A stretch of DNA of 64,000 bases from Candidatus Woesearchaeota archaeon (GTDB taxonomy: Archaea > Nanobdellota > Nanobdellia > SCGC-AAA011-G17 > JACPIM01). The position numbers were made by a program, and so were the translations under genes. Where the stretch lies: assembly GCA_016188045.1 (NCBI GenBank), contig JACPIM010000002.1, forward strand, positions 108,737 to 172,736, given 5' to 3'. Positions 37,850-47,548 of this stretch are shown one piece after another; the stretch's first letter is position 1; the number at the start of each line of letters is the position of its first letter. The notes under the pieces were generated by a model, which saw only the letters and a program-made list of their open reading frames with translations, had not been told where the DNA came from and did no database searches.

Positions 37850-38176
37850 TTACTGTTTTTCAGAAGATAAATTATTCTCTTTCTTACTTCTTCTTAAAGA
37901 CCCAACTAATTCTTCTAATTTTCTCATTATCTCATCTTTAGAACTAAATCTTTCTCTAGTTGACAAATTAGAGGGTGGACTTGAAATTGATTCAACATCA
38001 AGCTCTAATCCATTTGGGTTATGAATCCACTCTGTACTATCAAAAGTGTTTACTGAATATCCACTAGAGAGGATGCGCCTATGCTTTTCCACATATTCTA
38101 ATGCCTCATCAACTCCATCACTCGTAGATTTATACATTAGATTAAGAAAAGGCCTTCTTACCATATTATTTAACAA
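37850..38176 (-). CDS. Hypothetical protein
   Basis: ORF only. Confidence 0.5.
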   Translation of the reverse strand: MLNNMVRRPFLNLMYKSTSDGVDEALEYVEKHRRILSSGYSVNTFDSTEWIHNPNGLELDVESISSPPSNLSTRERFSSKDEIMRKLEELVGSLRRSKKENNLSSEKQ

Positions 38177-38276
38177 TTCTATAAAATTAATTAACCTTTC
38201 TCACCACAGCAGGTAGTGAATTTGGATAGATTATTTTATCATATGTTGAACAAGATTTATTAATAATCATTTAGTT

Positions 38277-38702
38277 ATGTTATATATGAACCATACAGCC
38301 TTAGAAGTCATAGCTGTCAAAGAAGACCCAATTGTTTTGGATTATGCTAAATCAGAAAAACCAAAAAGAAAATGGTATAACCCTTTAAAATATAAAGGAG
38401 CCGTGGTTGGTTTGGGATATAGCTTAATCTGGCCTGCAACTGTTTTAGCTTATATCTCCGGTTGTAAAGATCTTTATGATAAGTATTTACCACATGAAAG
38501 TTTTCAAGATAACGCTGTTTATTATTTATTCAAAACGCCATCAGAATTCGTAGCTGATTCTATTGAAAACCTAGTTAGAGATACTAACATGAATAATCGT
38601 TTTGTTGTACTTGGCGTTTATCTTGGATCATGGGCTTTAACTAGTCACATTATAGAGAAAACTGTTTCTTTCACCAAGAAAAAAATATTAAAGAGAAAGT
38701 AG
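38277..38702 (+). CDS. Hypothetical two-TM membrane protein
   Basis: Two hydrophobic segments. Confidence 0.55.
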   Translation: MLYMNHTALEVIAVKEDPIVLDYAKSEKPKRKWYNPLKYKGAVVGLGYSLIWPATVLAYISGCKDLYDKYLPHESFQDNAVYYLFKTPSEFVADSIENLVRDTNMNNRFVVLGVYLGSWALTSHIIEKTVSFTKKKILKRK

Positions 38703-39359
38703 ATTTTTATTATTAAAATTGCAATACTTCTCAATAGGACATTTAAAACACAAGGGTTTTATTGGTTTGCATATATTTTGGCCGTGAGATACAAAGGCCC
38801 TGTTAACATTTTTCCATTCGTTTTTAGGAAATAATTCTTCAAGTGTTCTTTCTACTTTTAATGGATTTCTTCCCTTTACAAATTCTAGTCTATTGCTAAC
38901 CGTCATGCAATGAGTATCAATACCTATAACATCTAAATTATGAACTTCAGCTAAAAAAACATTAGCTGTTTTTCTTCCAACACCAGGTATTTTAATTAAC
39001 TCATCAAACTTTTTAGGAACTTCCCCCTTATGATTATCTAATAAGTATTGTGCTGCTTTTTTTATTCTCTTCGATTTTTCTCTGTAGAATCCAATGGATC
39101 TTATTATTTTTTGCAGGTCATTTAAGGAAAGTTTAGCTAATTTATTAGGATTATCAGCATATTTAAATAAATCATTAGAAACTTTTTTTGTTTGTGTATC
39201 TCTTGCTCTAGCGCTCAATATTGTTGCTATCAAAACTTTAAATGGATCTTTTGTTTTCTCCTGTATTGAAGTTGAAACTGGTTTTTGGTATTTATTATAC
39301 TCTCTTTTTAGAATTTTTAATATAATCAACGCTCTCTGTTTTTTATCCATATTAAACAT
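38688..39359 (-). CDS. nth: Endonuclease III
   Basis: HhH motif IPGVGRKTA, IDTH, and 4Fe-4S motif CKPIKPLCFKCPIEKYC. Confidence 0.95.
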   Translation of the reverse strand: MFNMDKKQRALIILKILKREYNKYQKPVSTSIQEKTKDPFKVLIATILSARARDTQTKKVSNDLFKYADNPNKLAKLSLNDLQKIIRSIGFYREKSKRIKKAAQYLLDNHKGEVPKKFDELIKIPGVGRKTANVFLAEVHNLDVIGIDTHCMTVSNRLEFVKGRNPLKVERTLEELFPKNEWKNVNRAFVSHGQNICKPIKPLCFKCPIEKYCNFNNKNLLSL

Positions 39360-40236
39360 TAATGCTAAAAAACTTTCTTACTAATAAACCTATCAAAAAA
39401 GTTAATAAAGCTATTCCTAAACTAAGAAAAACCATCTCAAAAAATCTTTTCTTAAATGGTATGTCTTTTGCAATAGATGAATAAAAAGTAAATAAAAATA
39501 TTATTAATATTGCACTTGATACTGTCAAGGTTAAAGCTAAAAAGATGTTAGAAACCATAAAATAAGGCAGAACTAATATAAAAACAGTTACTATGTAAGT
39601 TATTCCAGTATATACTGCTGCTCTTACAGGATGTTTTTCATTGCCAGGTTCTGATTTTGTTGATAAATATTCTGAAGCCGCCATTGAGAAAGAAGCAGCT
39701 ATTCCAGTAATCAAACCAGTTATGGCAATTAGTCTTGTGTTCTGTAAGGCAAGAGTTAATCCTGTTAATGCCGCAGTTAATTCTACTAAAGCATCATTTA
39801 AACCAAGAACAATTGAACCTATGTAACTAAGTTTTTTTTCATTAATCATGGAAAGTAATTGTTTTTCATGCTTGTGTTCATCTTTTTCTATTTTCCTTGC
39901 ATTTGGTATGTATTTGGCTATTTTTTTATATGATTTCTGAGAAAATTCTTCTCCTCTTTCCATTAATTTTACGCCAAAAGTTAATCCTAGTAATTTAGAA
40001 AAGATGTAATAAAACCATATTTTAATTTTATTAGGCCTTACATCTTTATTTGTATATTTTTTCCATATATCGTGATGTTTTATTTCATCTTTTGAAATCT
40101 TTTCTAGGATTTTCTTATTTCCTTTGTTTTTTTCTGTTTTTGCTAGTTTATCATAAATATTATACTCGGTTAATTCACTTTTTTGTGCGGATAGAAGAAG
40201 ACTTAATACTTTACTATCTATTACCTCTTTTTTCAT
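39352..40236 (-). CDS. Rubrerythrin/ferritin-like domain fused to a VIT1/CCC1 iron transporter
   Basis: ExxH motifs (DEIKH, DEHKH), VLGLNDALVE and SMAASEYLS. Confidence 0.9.
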   Translation of the reverse strand: MKKEVIDSKVLSLLLSAQKSELTEYNIYDKLAKTEKNKGNKKILEKISKDEIKHHDIWKKYTNKDVRPNKIKIWFYYIFSKLLGLTFGVKLMERGEEFSQKSYKKIAKYIPNARKIEKDEHKHEKQLLSMINEKKLSYIGSIVLGLNDALVELTAALTGLTLALQNTRLIAITGLITGIAASFSMAASEYLSTKSEPGNEKHPVRAAVYTGITYIVTVFILVLPYFMVSNIFLALTLTVSSAILIIFLFTFYSSIAKDIPFKKRFFEMVFLSLGIALLTFLIGLLVRKFFSINV

Positions 40237-40278
40237 ATATAACTATCACAATTGATTATTTATAAAACTTTTTTATTT

Positions 40279-40716
40279 TTAATACTCTAACTTATTTGTC
40301 CAAGCAGGAACTTTTACATCTTTAGCAACATCATATTGTGGCGTATAGGGTTTTATATCTAAGATGGGGGTATTATCTATTATATCTAAACCTTTCACAG
40401 TTATGATATTATTGTCAATTGAAACTATTTTTGCAGTCGATATTCCTATTGGATTTGGTCTTTCAGCACAACGGCATGCAAAAATACCAACTTCAGGAAC
40501 TTCTTTAGTTTTTCCTTGCGGTACGTGCTTAATATCACATTTTTTAACTTCATGCATCCAATAAATAACAACGAGATGTGAATATTCATTTAAACCATCT
40601 AAGGCATCTTTGTATTCTTTATTAATAACTAATTTTGTAATAACGTTACGCCAATTACCAAAATGCTTTTTTTCTTGATTTTTTGCAATACCAATTGATT
40701 TTATTTTAATTTCCAT
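40279..40716 (-). CDS. tsaA: tRNA m6t6A37 methyltransferase TrmO/TsaA family
   Basis: GIFACR..RPNPIG and GLDIIDNTPILDIKPY motifs. Confidence 0.88.
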   Translation of the reverse strand: MEIKIKSIGIAKNQEKKHFGNWRNVITKLVINKEYKDALDGLNEYSHLVVIYWMHEVKKCDIKHVPQGKTKEVPEVGIFACRCAERPNPIGISTAKIVSIDNNIITVKGLDIIDNTPILDIKPYTPQYDVAKDVKVPAWTNKLEY

Positions 40717-40787
40717 AATTAATTTCGTTAAAGAAAAACCTTATATAAACCTATTGCTTAAATAAAAATTATGTCCTATAAATTAAA

Positions 40788-41309
40788 ATGAACAAAAAAA
40801 TATTAAATCTATTAATAGAATTAGAAGAGTTTGGTAAACTGAATTTTATGTTTAATGTTCCAAGAGAAACAGGAGAATTATTAAATTTATTAGTTAAAAT
40901 AAAAAAACCAAAAAAAATTTTAGAAATAGGGATGAGTAACGGATATAGTACAATTTGGTTGGCAGAACCAGGTTTTCCAGTTATTTCAATAGAGGCAGAT
41001 CCTAAAAAAATAATCCTGGCAAAAGAAAACTTAAAAAAAGCAAACTTAAAAAATATTAAAATTTTGCAAGGTTTTGCTTTGGATATTCTAAAAAACATAA
41101 AAGAAAAATTTGATTTTGTTTTCATAGATGCTACAAAAAAAGAATATTTGGATTATTTTAAATTATTAAAATTAAATAAAAGCGCAATAGTTGTGGCTGA
41201 TAATATCATTTCACATAATATATTACATTATCATGAATTTGTTAATAAAAAATATAAAAGTTGTTTAATCAAAATTGGTTCTGGGATTGAAGTTACATCC
41301 ATAGATTAA
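40788..41309 (+). CDS. O-methyltransferase (Methyltransf_3 family)
   Basis: LEIGMSNGYSTIW, FDFVFIDATK and VADN motifs. Confidence 0.88.
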   Translation: MNKKILNLLIELEEFGKLNFMFNVPRETGELLNLLVKIKKPKKILEIGMSNGYSTIWLAEPGFPVISIEADPKKIILAKENLKKANLKNIKILQGFALDILKNIKEKFDFVFIDATKKEYLDYFKLLKLNKSAIVVADNIISHNILHYHEFVNKKYKSCLIKIGSGIEVTSID

Positions 41310-41311
41310 AC

Positions 41312-41503
41312 CTATTTCTTCTTTCCAATATGTTCTAACAAATCTTTAGTAGCATAATAGCTCAATTGTTTCTTCTTTTGAAAAAGAGAATTATAACATT
41401 CCTTGCAAATCCAGTTTTTTCCGTCAACATCCGCTCTCAAATCGCCCATATTGGTTTGTTTCTTGCATCTGAAACAAGCGATTGTTGTATTTCTATCCAC
41501 CAT
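41312..41503 (-). CDS. Small zinc-finger protein
   Basis: CFRC...WICKEC; start set at MVDRN. Confidence 0.7.
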   Translation of the reverse strand: MVDRNTTIACFRCKKQTNMGDLRADVDGKNWICKECYNSLFQKKKQLSYYATKDLLEHIGKKK

Positions 41504-41648
41504 ACTTGTTATATATCTGAACAAATATTTAAATTTGATTATTTTTATTAAAAACTTATATTCTTTAATATCGATAACTTTAAATAGGGGTAAATAGTTG
41601 AGCCGTTTAATTAAAATTAGCATTTCGCTAATTAAGGGAGGAATTTCC

Positions 41649-41771
41649 ATGATAGAAGAACTTGAAAAAATCTATAGATTAGATGATGAAGACGACTCAG
41701 ATGATGACACAGATGATGATTCTGATGATGATACCGATGATGAAGACGAAGACGACTCAGACGAGGAATAA
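41649..41771 (+). CDS. 40-aa hyperacidic microprotein
   Basis: GGGAGG RBS; MIEELEKIYRLDDEDDSDDDTDDDSDDDTDDEDEDDSDEE; not in the ORF track. Confidence 0.65.
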   Translation: MIEELEKIYRLDDEDDSDDDTDDDSDDDTDDEDEDDSDEE

Positions 41772-41826
41772 TCAAAAACAAGGAGAATATGTTTCTAAAA
41801 AATCTTAGGTTCAATACCTATGATTT

Positions 41827-42804
41827 TTAAATATTTTTTATGAAGTAGTCTTCAGGCAAAAACTTTTTTTTATAAGTTTTGAACACCTGAAGGCTTTCAG
41901 AATCTTCTATTATATCTTCAAATCTTTCTCTTATAGAAATGTAAATATTCCTAAATTCTTCTTTCGTTTTGGTTTCAACAGTTAATTCTAAATCCCAGTC
42001 TCCTATTAATTTATTTAATTCAATTATATTCTGGTTTAATTTGCAAAAAGTCTGTAATTCCTGCTCTCTTTCAACAGATAAATGGTGATATTTTAATAAT
42101 ATCTTGTTAACAGAGAAATCAATTTTCTGTACATTCAACAAAGGCTTAAATCCTTTTATTATGTCTGCCTTCTTCATATTTTTTATCCTTAATATTACTG
42201 TTTTGGGATTAACTTCCAGATCTCTTGCAATTGAAACAGAACTCATTTTGGAATTTTCATTTAGATAAAACAAAATATTTTTATCTAATTCATCTATTGT
42301 TAATATTTCCCTGTCCCCACCAATAATTATATCTTCTTCTTTAACATCCCCCAATAAATAAGCTCTCGGGTAATGATGTGATACTACACTAGTGGTTATA
42401 TCATAATTTTTTAATTGTGGATTCTGTCCTATTAGTGCTTTGAACTGTTTGTTAAATTGTGAAGGATTTCTATTAGAAAAAACAGTCAATAAGTCATAGC
42501 TCCCACCGCATTCTGTTATTTCAGTTACATTTCCGGTTTTAGATATGTTTTTAATTAACTCAATAAATTTTTCTTTGCTTTGGTAGTTTATTTTGAATAA
42601 AACTCTGAAATTAAGAAAACCAAACTTAGCATAATCTATTAAAGAATAAAAGCCCAACACAAGTCCGTCATCAGTATAACTTTTAATCTTATGACTTACT
42701 AATTGCTGGCTCATTCTAATATTCTTACCAATTTGAGAGAGAGCCAGTCTAGCATCTAAATCTAGCATTGAAAGAAGTTTTAAATCCTTAATCTTGTTTT
42801 TCAT
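41827..42804 (-). CDS. Duplicated Lrp/AsnC-family transcriptional regulator
   Basis: Two HTH+RAM modules (DARLALSQIG...GSYD; NSKMSSVSIAR...GDWD). Confidence 0.9.
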   Translation of the reverse strand: MKNKIKDLKLLSMLDLDARLALSQIGKNIRMSQQLVSHKIKSYTDDGLVLGFYSLIDYAKFGFLNFRVLFKINYQSKEKFIELIKNISKTGNVTEITECGGSYDLLTVFSNRNPSQFNKQFKALIGQNPQLKNYDITTSVVSHHYPRAYLLGDVKEEDIIIGGDREILTIDELDKNILFYLNENSKMSSVSIARDLEVNPKTVILRIKNMKKADIIKGFKPLLNVQKIDFSVNKILLKYHHLSVEREQELQTFCKLNQNIIELNKLIGDWDLELTVETKTKEEFRNIYISIRERFEDIIEDSESLQVFKTYKKKFLPEDYFIKNI

Positions 42805-42898
42805 TAATTTGTATTAAAGTAATCTTATTTAAATATCTTTCCGATTTTACAAATTTTTTGTTAGTAATGTTATAATATAAGTAAAATAAAAAAGTATT

Positions 42899-43615
42899 AT
42901 GACAAGATACAAAGGACAAGAGGAAAGAAATCTTCACGATTACACAATACTAGATCGCGATTTAAGATTAGGGCAGACAGAAGTTAACATTTGGTCATCA
43001 AGTAATGTTTTTTCGGCTCTTCAAGAAGTAAGAGATGAACAGATTAGAAGAAAAAATAATAATCCTGTTAGATTAGTTTCTGCCTTAGGCAGATTATTTG
43101 GATATGAAAGAGCCGATTTTTCAAATTTCTCCCCGTACTTCATAGTTCTGGGCTATAATTCACAAAGCCAGGATCATGAAAGATGGGTTACACCAAAAGT
43201 AGATACGCCTCTAGTTGGAGAAAGATTTAGTAGTCTAAGGCTAGATGATAGACTTGATTTGGGTTTCGATTTAAAAGGACTTCCACTTATTTTAGATAAA
43301 GACGGAAAAATTGTTTATGTTGCTCCAACAATAAATATCCCAGGACTTAATGGTAATTCACATAAAAATGGAGTAGAATCTTCAAAATATCTTAAAGGAA
43401 CACAAGTATACACTATGTGTAGAGATAATGGTGCAATAAACAGATTTTCAGATGGTAAACTAACTTTCTCAACAGATCAAGAACAAATAGATAGAATAAA
43501 ACAAAGAATGTCGCTAGAAGATGTTAGGGCAATTACTCCTGGAATGGAAAGCCCACACGATGTTTTTTTAAGATTAGGTTACTCACAAGATGCGGCTTTT
43601 CTAGATGTTGCTTAA
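42899..43615 (+). CDS. Degenerate DAC/DisA_N-like domain protein
   Basis: ILDKDGKIV...GNSH...VYTMCRDNGAINRFSDGKLTFS follows DAC spacing but lacks the DGA and RHR motifs. Confidence 0.45.
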   Translation: MTRYKGQEERNLHDYTILDRDLRLGQTEVNIWSSSNVFSALQEVRDEQIRRKNNNPVRLVSALGRLFGYERADFSNFSPYFIVLGYNSQSQDHERWVTPKVDTPLVGERFSSLRLDDRLDLGFDLKGLPLILDKDGKIVYVAPTINIPGLNGNSHKNGVESSKYLKGTQVYTMCRDNGAINRFSDGKLTFSTDQEQIDRIKQRMSLEDVRAITPGMESPHDVFLRLGYSQDAAFLDVA

Positions 43616-44166
43616 TTATCAGTAAAAGTCTCAGTTTCATAAACATATATTTCAGAATTGGGATTTTTCCAAGCATCTTTATCCAAACCCGCTTTTTCGC
43701 ATATTAATTGTAAAAACTCAATTTTATTATCAGCTTTTTCCCATTCACCAGGCAATAAAGTGCCTATTCTAACACTATGTCTTACTATAACACCATTAAT
43801 CCCTTTATTTATTTGATCTAATAGCTCAACTTCAGATTCATAAGATAATTTTTTGATATTTTTAATAATAGATATCTCTATTTTAGCTATTTTCAAATCA
43901 TCAATATTTAAAGGCGCAAATCTTTTATCTTCAAAGGCAGCAATTTTGGCATTTTCAATTACATCTAAGAACAATTCTTGATGCTCAAATAAAGTGCCAA
44001 TAGAACCTAAGTTTTCATCATTAATTTTTATAGTAATGAAACTTGCTCCTCTGTTTTTAAGTTCATCTGGAATATCTTCAATATCAGATTCTTTTCCTTC
44101 CAGATGTTCTTCTAATGCTTTTCTCGCTAGATTAAGTAAAAATCTTTTATTTTCTTCTGAAACCAT
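43612..44166 (-). CDS. AMMECR1-domain protein (AmmeMemoRadiSam protein A)
   Basis: GASFITI, AAFEDKRF, IEISI, TLLP and LICEKAGL motifs. Confidence 0.9.
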   Translation of the reverse strand: MVSEENKRFLLNLARKALEEHLEGKESDIEDIPDELKNRGASFITIKINDENLGSIGTLFEHQELFLDVIENAKIAAFEDKRFAPLNIDDLKIAKIEISIIKNIKKLSYESEVELLDQINKGINGVIVRHSVRIGTLLPGEWEKADNKIEFLQLICEKAGLDKDAWKNPNSEIYVYETETFTDN

Positions 44167-44219
44167 GATAAAAACCTTAAAGAAAAGGTATTTAAATATA
44201 TTTAGTTTATTTATTATTA

Positions 44220-44723
44220 ATGAATAATAAGAAGCTCGGAATAGTTATTTTGTCAATTGGAGTTATCACATTAATATTATTAGTCAATTTAATAGGAAAA
44301 TATAATCAAGCCATAATAGACGAAGGTTGTTTTCCTTCTGAAGACTGTAAAAAAATTGAATCTTCACTTTCAATATCACATCTAGCTTTTGGTGTAATGG
44401 GTTTTGTTATTTCTTTGGGTTTTTACTTACTATTTTTTTCTAAAAGTGAAGAAGCCTTACTTAAAAGCCTTAATGAAGAAAAACAAACTAGAAATAAGGA
44501 AGATAGGTTTAGCATATTATTAAAAGCATTAGATCCATTTGAGCAAAGAATTTTAAAGGTTATTAAAGAACAGGATGGAATTACTCAAAATACGTTAAGA
44601 ATAAAGGCAGATCTATCAAAAGCAAAAACTAGCTATGTTGTTAATGATCTTGAGGATAAAGGACTGATAAAAAGAATTAAAAAAGGCAAGACTTTTTCTG
44701 TTTATTTAAGAGGCAATATCTAA
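44220..44723 (+). CDS. Two-TM membrane-tethered winged-helix regulator
   Basis: TM-loop(CFPSEDC)-TM, then EQDGITQNTLR...LSKAKTS wHTH. Confidence 0.8.
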   Translation: MNNKKLGIVILSIGVITLILLVNLIGKYNQAIIDEGCFPSEDCKKIESSLSISHLAFGVMGFVISLGFYLLFFSKSEEALLKSLNEEKQTRNKEDRFSILLKALDPFEQRILKVIKEQDGITQNTLRIKADLSKAKTSYVVNDLEDKGLIKRIKKGKTFSVYLRGNI

Positions 44724-44728
44724 ATGCT

Positions 44729-44803
44729 TCTATGAACGATATAACCTTAAAATATTGATATTTTTAAGTATTTTCAAGCAATAGTTCACAACCAAAAATA
44801 TAT
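44729..44803 (+). repeat. ~75-bp imperfect palindromic element, copy A
   Basis: Homologous to 53932-54006; ends in BRE/TATA-like CCAAAAATATAT. Confidence 0.8.
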
Positions 44804-44853
44804 AAACTACTTTATAATAAAAAATTCCATATAAAAGATAAATAGGGGGTTTA

Positions 44854-45594
44854 ATGATGGAAGAGAAGAAAGAAGAAACTGTTACGTTAAAAAAATCAAC
44901 TGTTTGGATGAGTATTTCTGGGGTTTTAGCGGTATTGTTAATAATCTCTGTATTTACCGCTGGTTTTGGGATTAGAGGAAATAGTATTACAGGAAAAACT
45001 GTAGATGTTCCTAGTCCAAGTCCCTCTCCTAGCCCTTCACCAAGTCCTTCGCCTTCGGGTATAGGCTTAGTTGATGCTAAAAAATGGGTTGATGATGATC
45101 CAAGTTTAGGGGATAAAAACGCAAAGTTAACTATCGTAGAGTTTTCAGATTTCCAATGTCCTTTCTGTGGTAGATTTAGAAGCCAAACTTTTGATCAGAT
45201 TAAAAAAGAATATATTGATACTGGTAAAGTTAAATTTGTTTTCAGAGATTTCCCATTAAACAGCATACATCCATATGCTCAAAAAGCTTCTGAAGCTTCT
45301 GAATGCGCAGACGAGCAAGGCAAATTCTGGGAATATCATGACAAGTTATTTGAAAACCAAGGAGCTTTAACTGTAGATAACTTAAAGAAATATGCTTCTG
45401 ATTTAAGTTTAGATACCAAGAAATTTAATGACTGCTTAGATTCAGGAAAAATGGCCAGCGAAGTTAACAAGGATACACAAGATGCTCAAGCTTCTGGTGG
45501 TTCAGGAACACCTTATTTCTTAGTAGGAAATAAGCCAGTTAGTGGTGCACAGCCATTTGCAAATTTCAAAGCTGCAATAGACACGCAGCTTTAA
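44854..45594 (+). CDS. Membrane-anchored DsbA/BdbD-like thioredoxin
   Basis: EFSDFQCPFC, GTP and VSGAQP motifs; (SP)n linker. Confidence 0.92.
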   Translation: MMEEKKEETVTLKKSTVWMSISGVLAVLLIISVFTAGFGIRGNSITGKTVDVPSPSPSPSPSPSPSPSGIGLVDAKKWVDDDPSLGDKNAKLTIVEFSDFQCPFCGRFRSQTFDQIKKEYIDTGKVKFVFRDFPLNSIHPYAQKASEASECADEQGKFWEYHDKLFENQGALTVDNLKKYASDLSLDTKKFNDCLDSGKMASEVNKDTQDAQASGGSGTPYFLVGNKPVSGAQPFANFKAAIDTQL

Positions 45595-45612
45595 TTTTTT
45601 AATTTTTTTAAT

Positions 45613-46104
45613 GTGGGAAAATTTGAAGAACGTTTAGGAAGAATAAAGGAAGTGACTTTAACAAGACCTTATGTTTATTATTTTATTTTAATATTTCTTG
45701 TTTATTTAATCATAAATATTATTGTAAATAAGGTTTATATAACAGCACCAACATTGCTAACAAATAACCTTAAGATTATTATCCCATATTTAATATTTAC
45801 CATCTTTATTGCTTTTTTAGTGGCTTTGAATATTAATCTTACTGTTAAAAAGTTTAAAGATTTAAGAAAAGTAAAAAAGGAAAGTGGATTAACATTTATT
45901 GGTATTTTTGGTGGTGTTTTAGGTGGTGCTTGTCCTAGCTGTTTTGTTGGATTATTTCCTGCCTTTTTAGGTTTGTTTGGAATTACAGCGACATTAAGTA
46001 GTTTGCCGTTTTTTGGTATTGAAATATTAGTTGGCTCTGTTATATTTTTAGTTATAGGTATGGTTTTATTAACCAGGGATAATGTTTGTAAAATTAAGAA
46101 ATAG
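45613..46104 (+). CDS. Four-TM membrane protein with CxxC
   Basis: GGACPSC in a TM segment; paralog at 56817. Confidence 0.75.
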   Translation: MGKFEERLGRIKEVTLTRPYVYYFILIFLVYLIINIIVNKVYITAPTLLTNNLKIIIPYLIFTIFIAFLVALNINLTVKKFKDLRKVKKESGLTFIGIFGGVLGGACPSCFVGLFPAFLGLFGITATLSSLPFFGIEILVGSVIFLVIGMVLLTRDNVCKIKK

Positions 46105-46168
46105 AGTTATATAATATTATTTAAGCGGTTTTATTAATCATTTTCTTAGATTTTTCCAAGAAAAAGCA

Positions 46169-46324
46169 TCATTCATTATATCCATTCATAAAGGCTTCTT
46201 CCTCACCAGAAATCTCATCATTTTCTAATAATTCTTCAGTATACCTCTGGTCATATATATCTGTCTCATCAATATAACTATCATCTTCTAAATTAAATTT
46301 TGCCTTCAAATGATGTCTTTTCAT
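46169..46324 (-). CDS. 51-aa acidic protein
   Basis: GGAGGT RBS; ...DIYDQRYTEELLENDEISGEEEAFMNGYNE; not in the ORF track. Confidence 0.7.
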   Translation of the reverse strand: MKRHHLKAKFNLEDDSYIDETDIYDQRYTEELLENDEISGEEEAFMNGYNE

Positions 46325-46356
46325 TTTAACCTCCCATATGTTTTTATAAATAAAAT

Positions 46357-46380
46357 AACCCTGACAAAAATGCCAGGGTT
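46357..46380. terminator. Hairpin AACCCTG...CAGGGTT (terminator or leader structure)
   Basis: 7-bp stem between a start-stop element and the 51-aa gene. Confidence 0.4.
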
Positions 46381-46549
46381 CTAGTGATTGAGTTTTTTAA
46401 GTTTGTTTTTACATTTTGCACCTCCGATGTTTATTTTAGAAAACAAGAGGTAATTAATTATTAAATACCCTATGAAAAACAAGTATAGAAAACTCTACTA
46501 GAGGTATCTTTCATAAGTCTTTTAAACAGAGCGTTAAAACAAATTAAAT

Positions 46550-47263
46550 ATGGTAATAGAGCTAGTCCATGGTCCGGGATGGTTTAATGGTGCAGACATA
46601 ATCATCGACTTGGTTAGCATCTTTGTTTTGTCATTGATTGCTTTCTTCAGTGCAAAATATTACAGAATTAATGAAAACAGAAATTATCTATACCTAGCAA
46701 TATCTTTTTCTTTATTAGCCAGTTCTTTTATCTTCAAAAACTTGATCAATTTTTTTATTTATTATAAATTTATTGAATTAGGCGGAGCCAAGATTATAAC
46801 TCTAACATTCAAGACAACAGAAATATTAGAAGATCTGCTCTTTTTTGGTGTTTTATTATACAGATTACTAACTTTGTTTGGTTTTTATATATTATATTCT
46901 ATTTATCAAAAACAATCAAAGGCTACTATCTTCTTGATAAGCTATTTAATTTTAGTGTCAACTTATTTTAGTAAAGAAATATATTATGTTTTTCACACAA
47001 CGGCTTTTGTTTTATTATTAACAATAATAATCAGTTATTATTGGAAACATTTAAATAGGCAGTATTCCTCAACAGGATTATTAACATACAGTTTTATGAT
47101 TATAGCAATAAGCCAAATATTTTTTATGGTTGCTGGCCTTGACAATCATTTCTACGTGGCAGGAAAACTTATACAATTGGTGGGATATATTTTGTTATTA
47201 ATTACATTCATCATAGTGATTAAGTATGGCAGGAAAAAGAACAAAAACAGACATCATACATGA
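46550..47263 (+). CDS. 7TM membrane sensor-like protein
   Basis: Seven hydrophobic helices; overlaps the downstream wHTH gene. Confidence 0.7.
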   Translation: MVIELVHGPGWFNGADIIIDLVSIFVLSLIAFFSAKYYRINENRNYLYLAISFSLLASSFIFKNLINFFIYYKFIELGGAKIITLTFKTTEILEDLLFFGVLLYRLLTLFGFYILYSIYQKQSKATIFLISYLILVSTYFSKEIYYVFHTTAFVLLLTIIISYYWKHLNRQYSSTGLLTYSFMIIAISQIFFMVAGLDNHFYVAGKLIQLVGYILLLITFIIVIKYGRKKNKNRHHT

Positions 47264-47498
47264 TATGCTGAGTTCTATAATTGATAAAGGCATGCAAATA
47301 AAGCCAACACACCTGATGTATAGGTCTAATCTTTCTCATTCCCAAATGACTTTATATCTTGAGGAGCTTGTAAGAAAGAATTTTATAAAAAAGATAGATA
47401 AATCAGGTTATGGGTATCTCATAATTACAGATAAAGGTTTGCGTTTTGTACAAAAATTCAGGGAAATGAAAGAATTTGAAAAAGCCTTTGGTTTATGA
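47226..47498 (+). CDS. Winged-helix regulator (COG3432/HTH_45)
   Basis: KPTHLMYRSNLS...YLEEL...ITDKG. Confidence 0.88.
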   Translation: MAGKRTKTDIIHDMLSSIIDKGMQIKPTHLMYRSNLSHSQMTLYLEELVRKNFIKKIDKSGYGYLIITDKGLRFVQKFREMKEFEKAFGL

Positions 47499-47548
47499 TT
47501 TTAGCATTAGAAATGTTTATAATGCTTTCTTCAGTGTAATTTAATAAA

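Noticed and set aside
41632-41814. His-rich minus-strand ORF suggesting a metal-binding peptide
   Set aside because: It is the antisense shadow of the GAT-rich acidic microprotein, which has the RBS
45010-45057. Short tandem repeat
   Set aside because: It encodes a (SP)n linker of DsbA with varied codons and is not a DNA-level element
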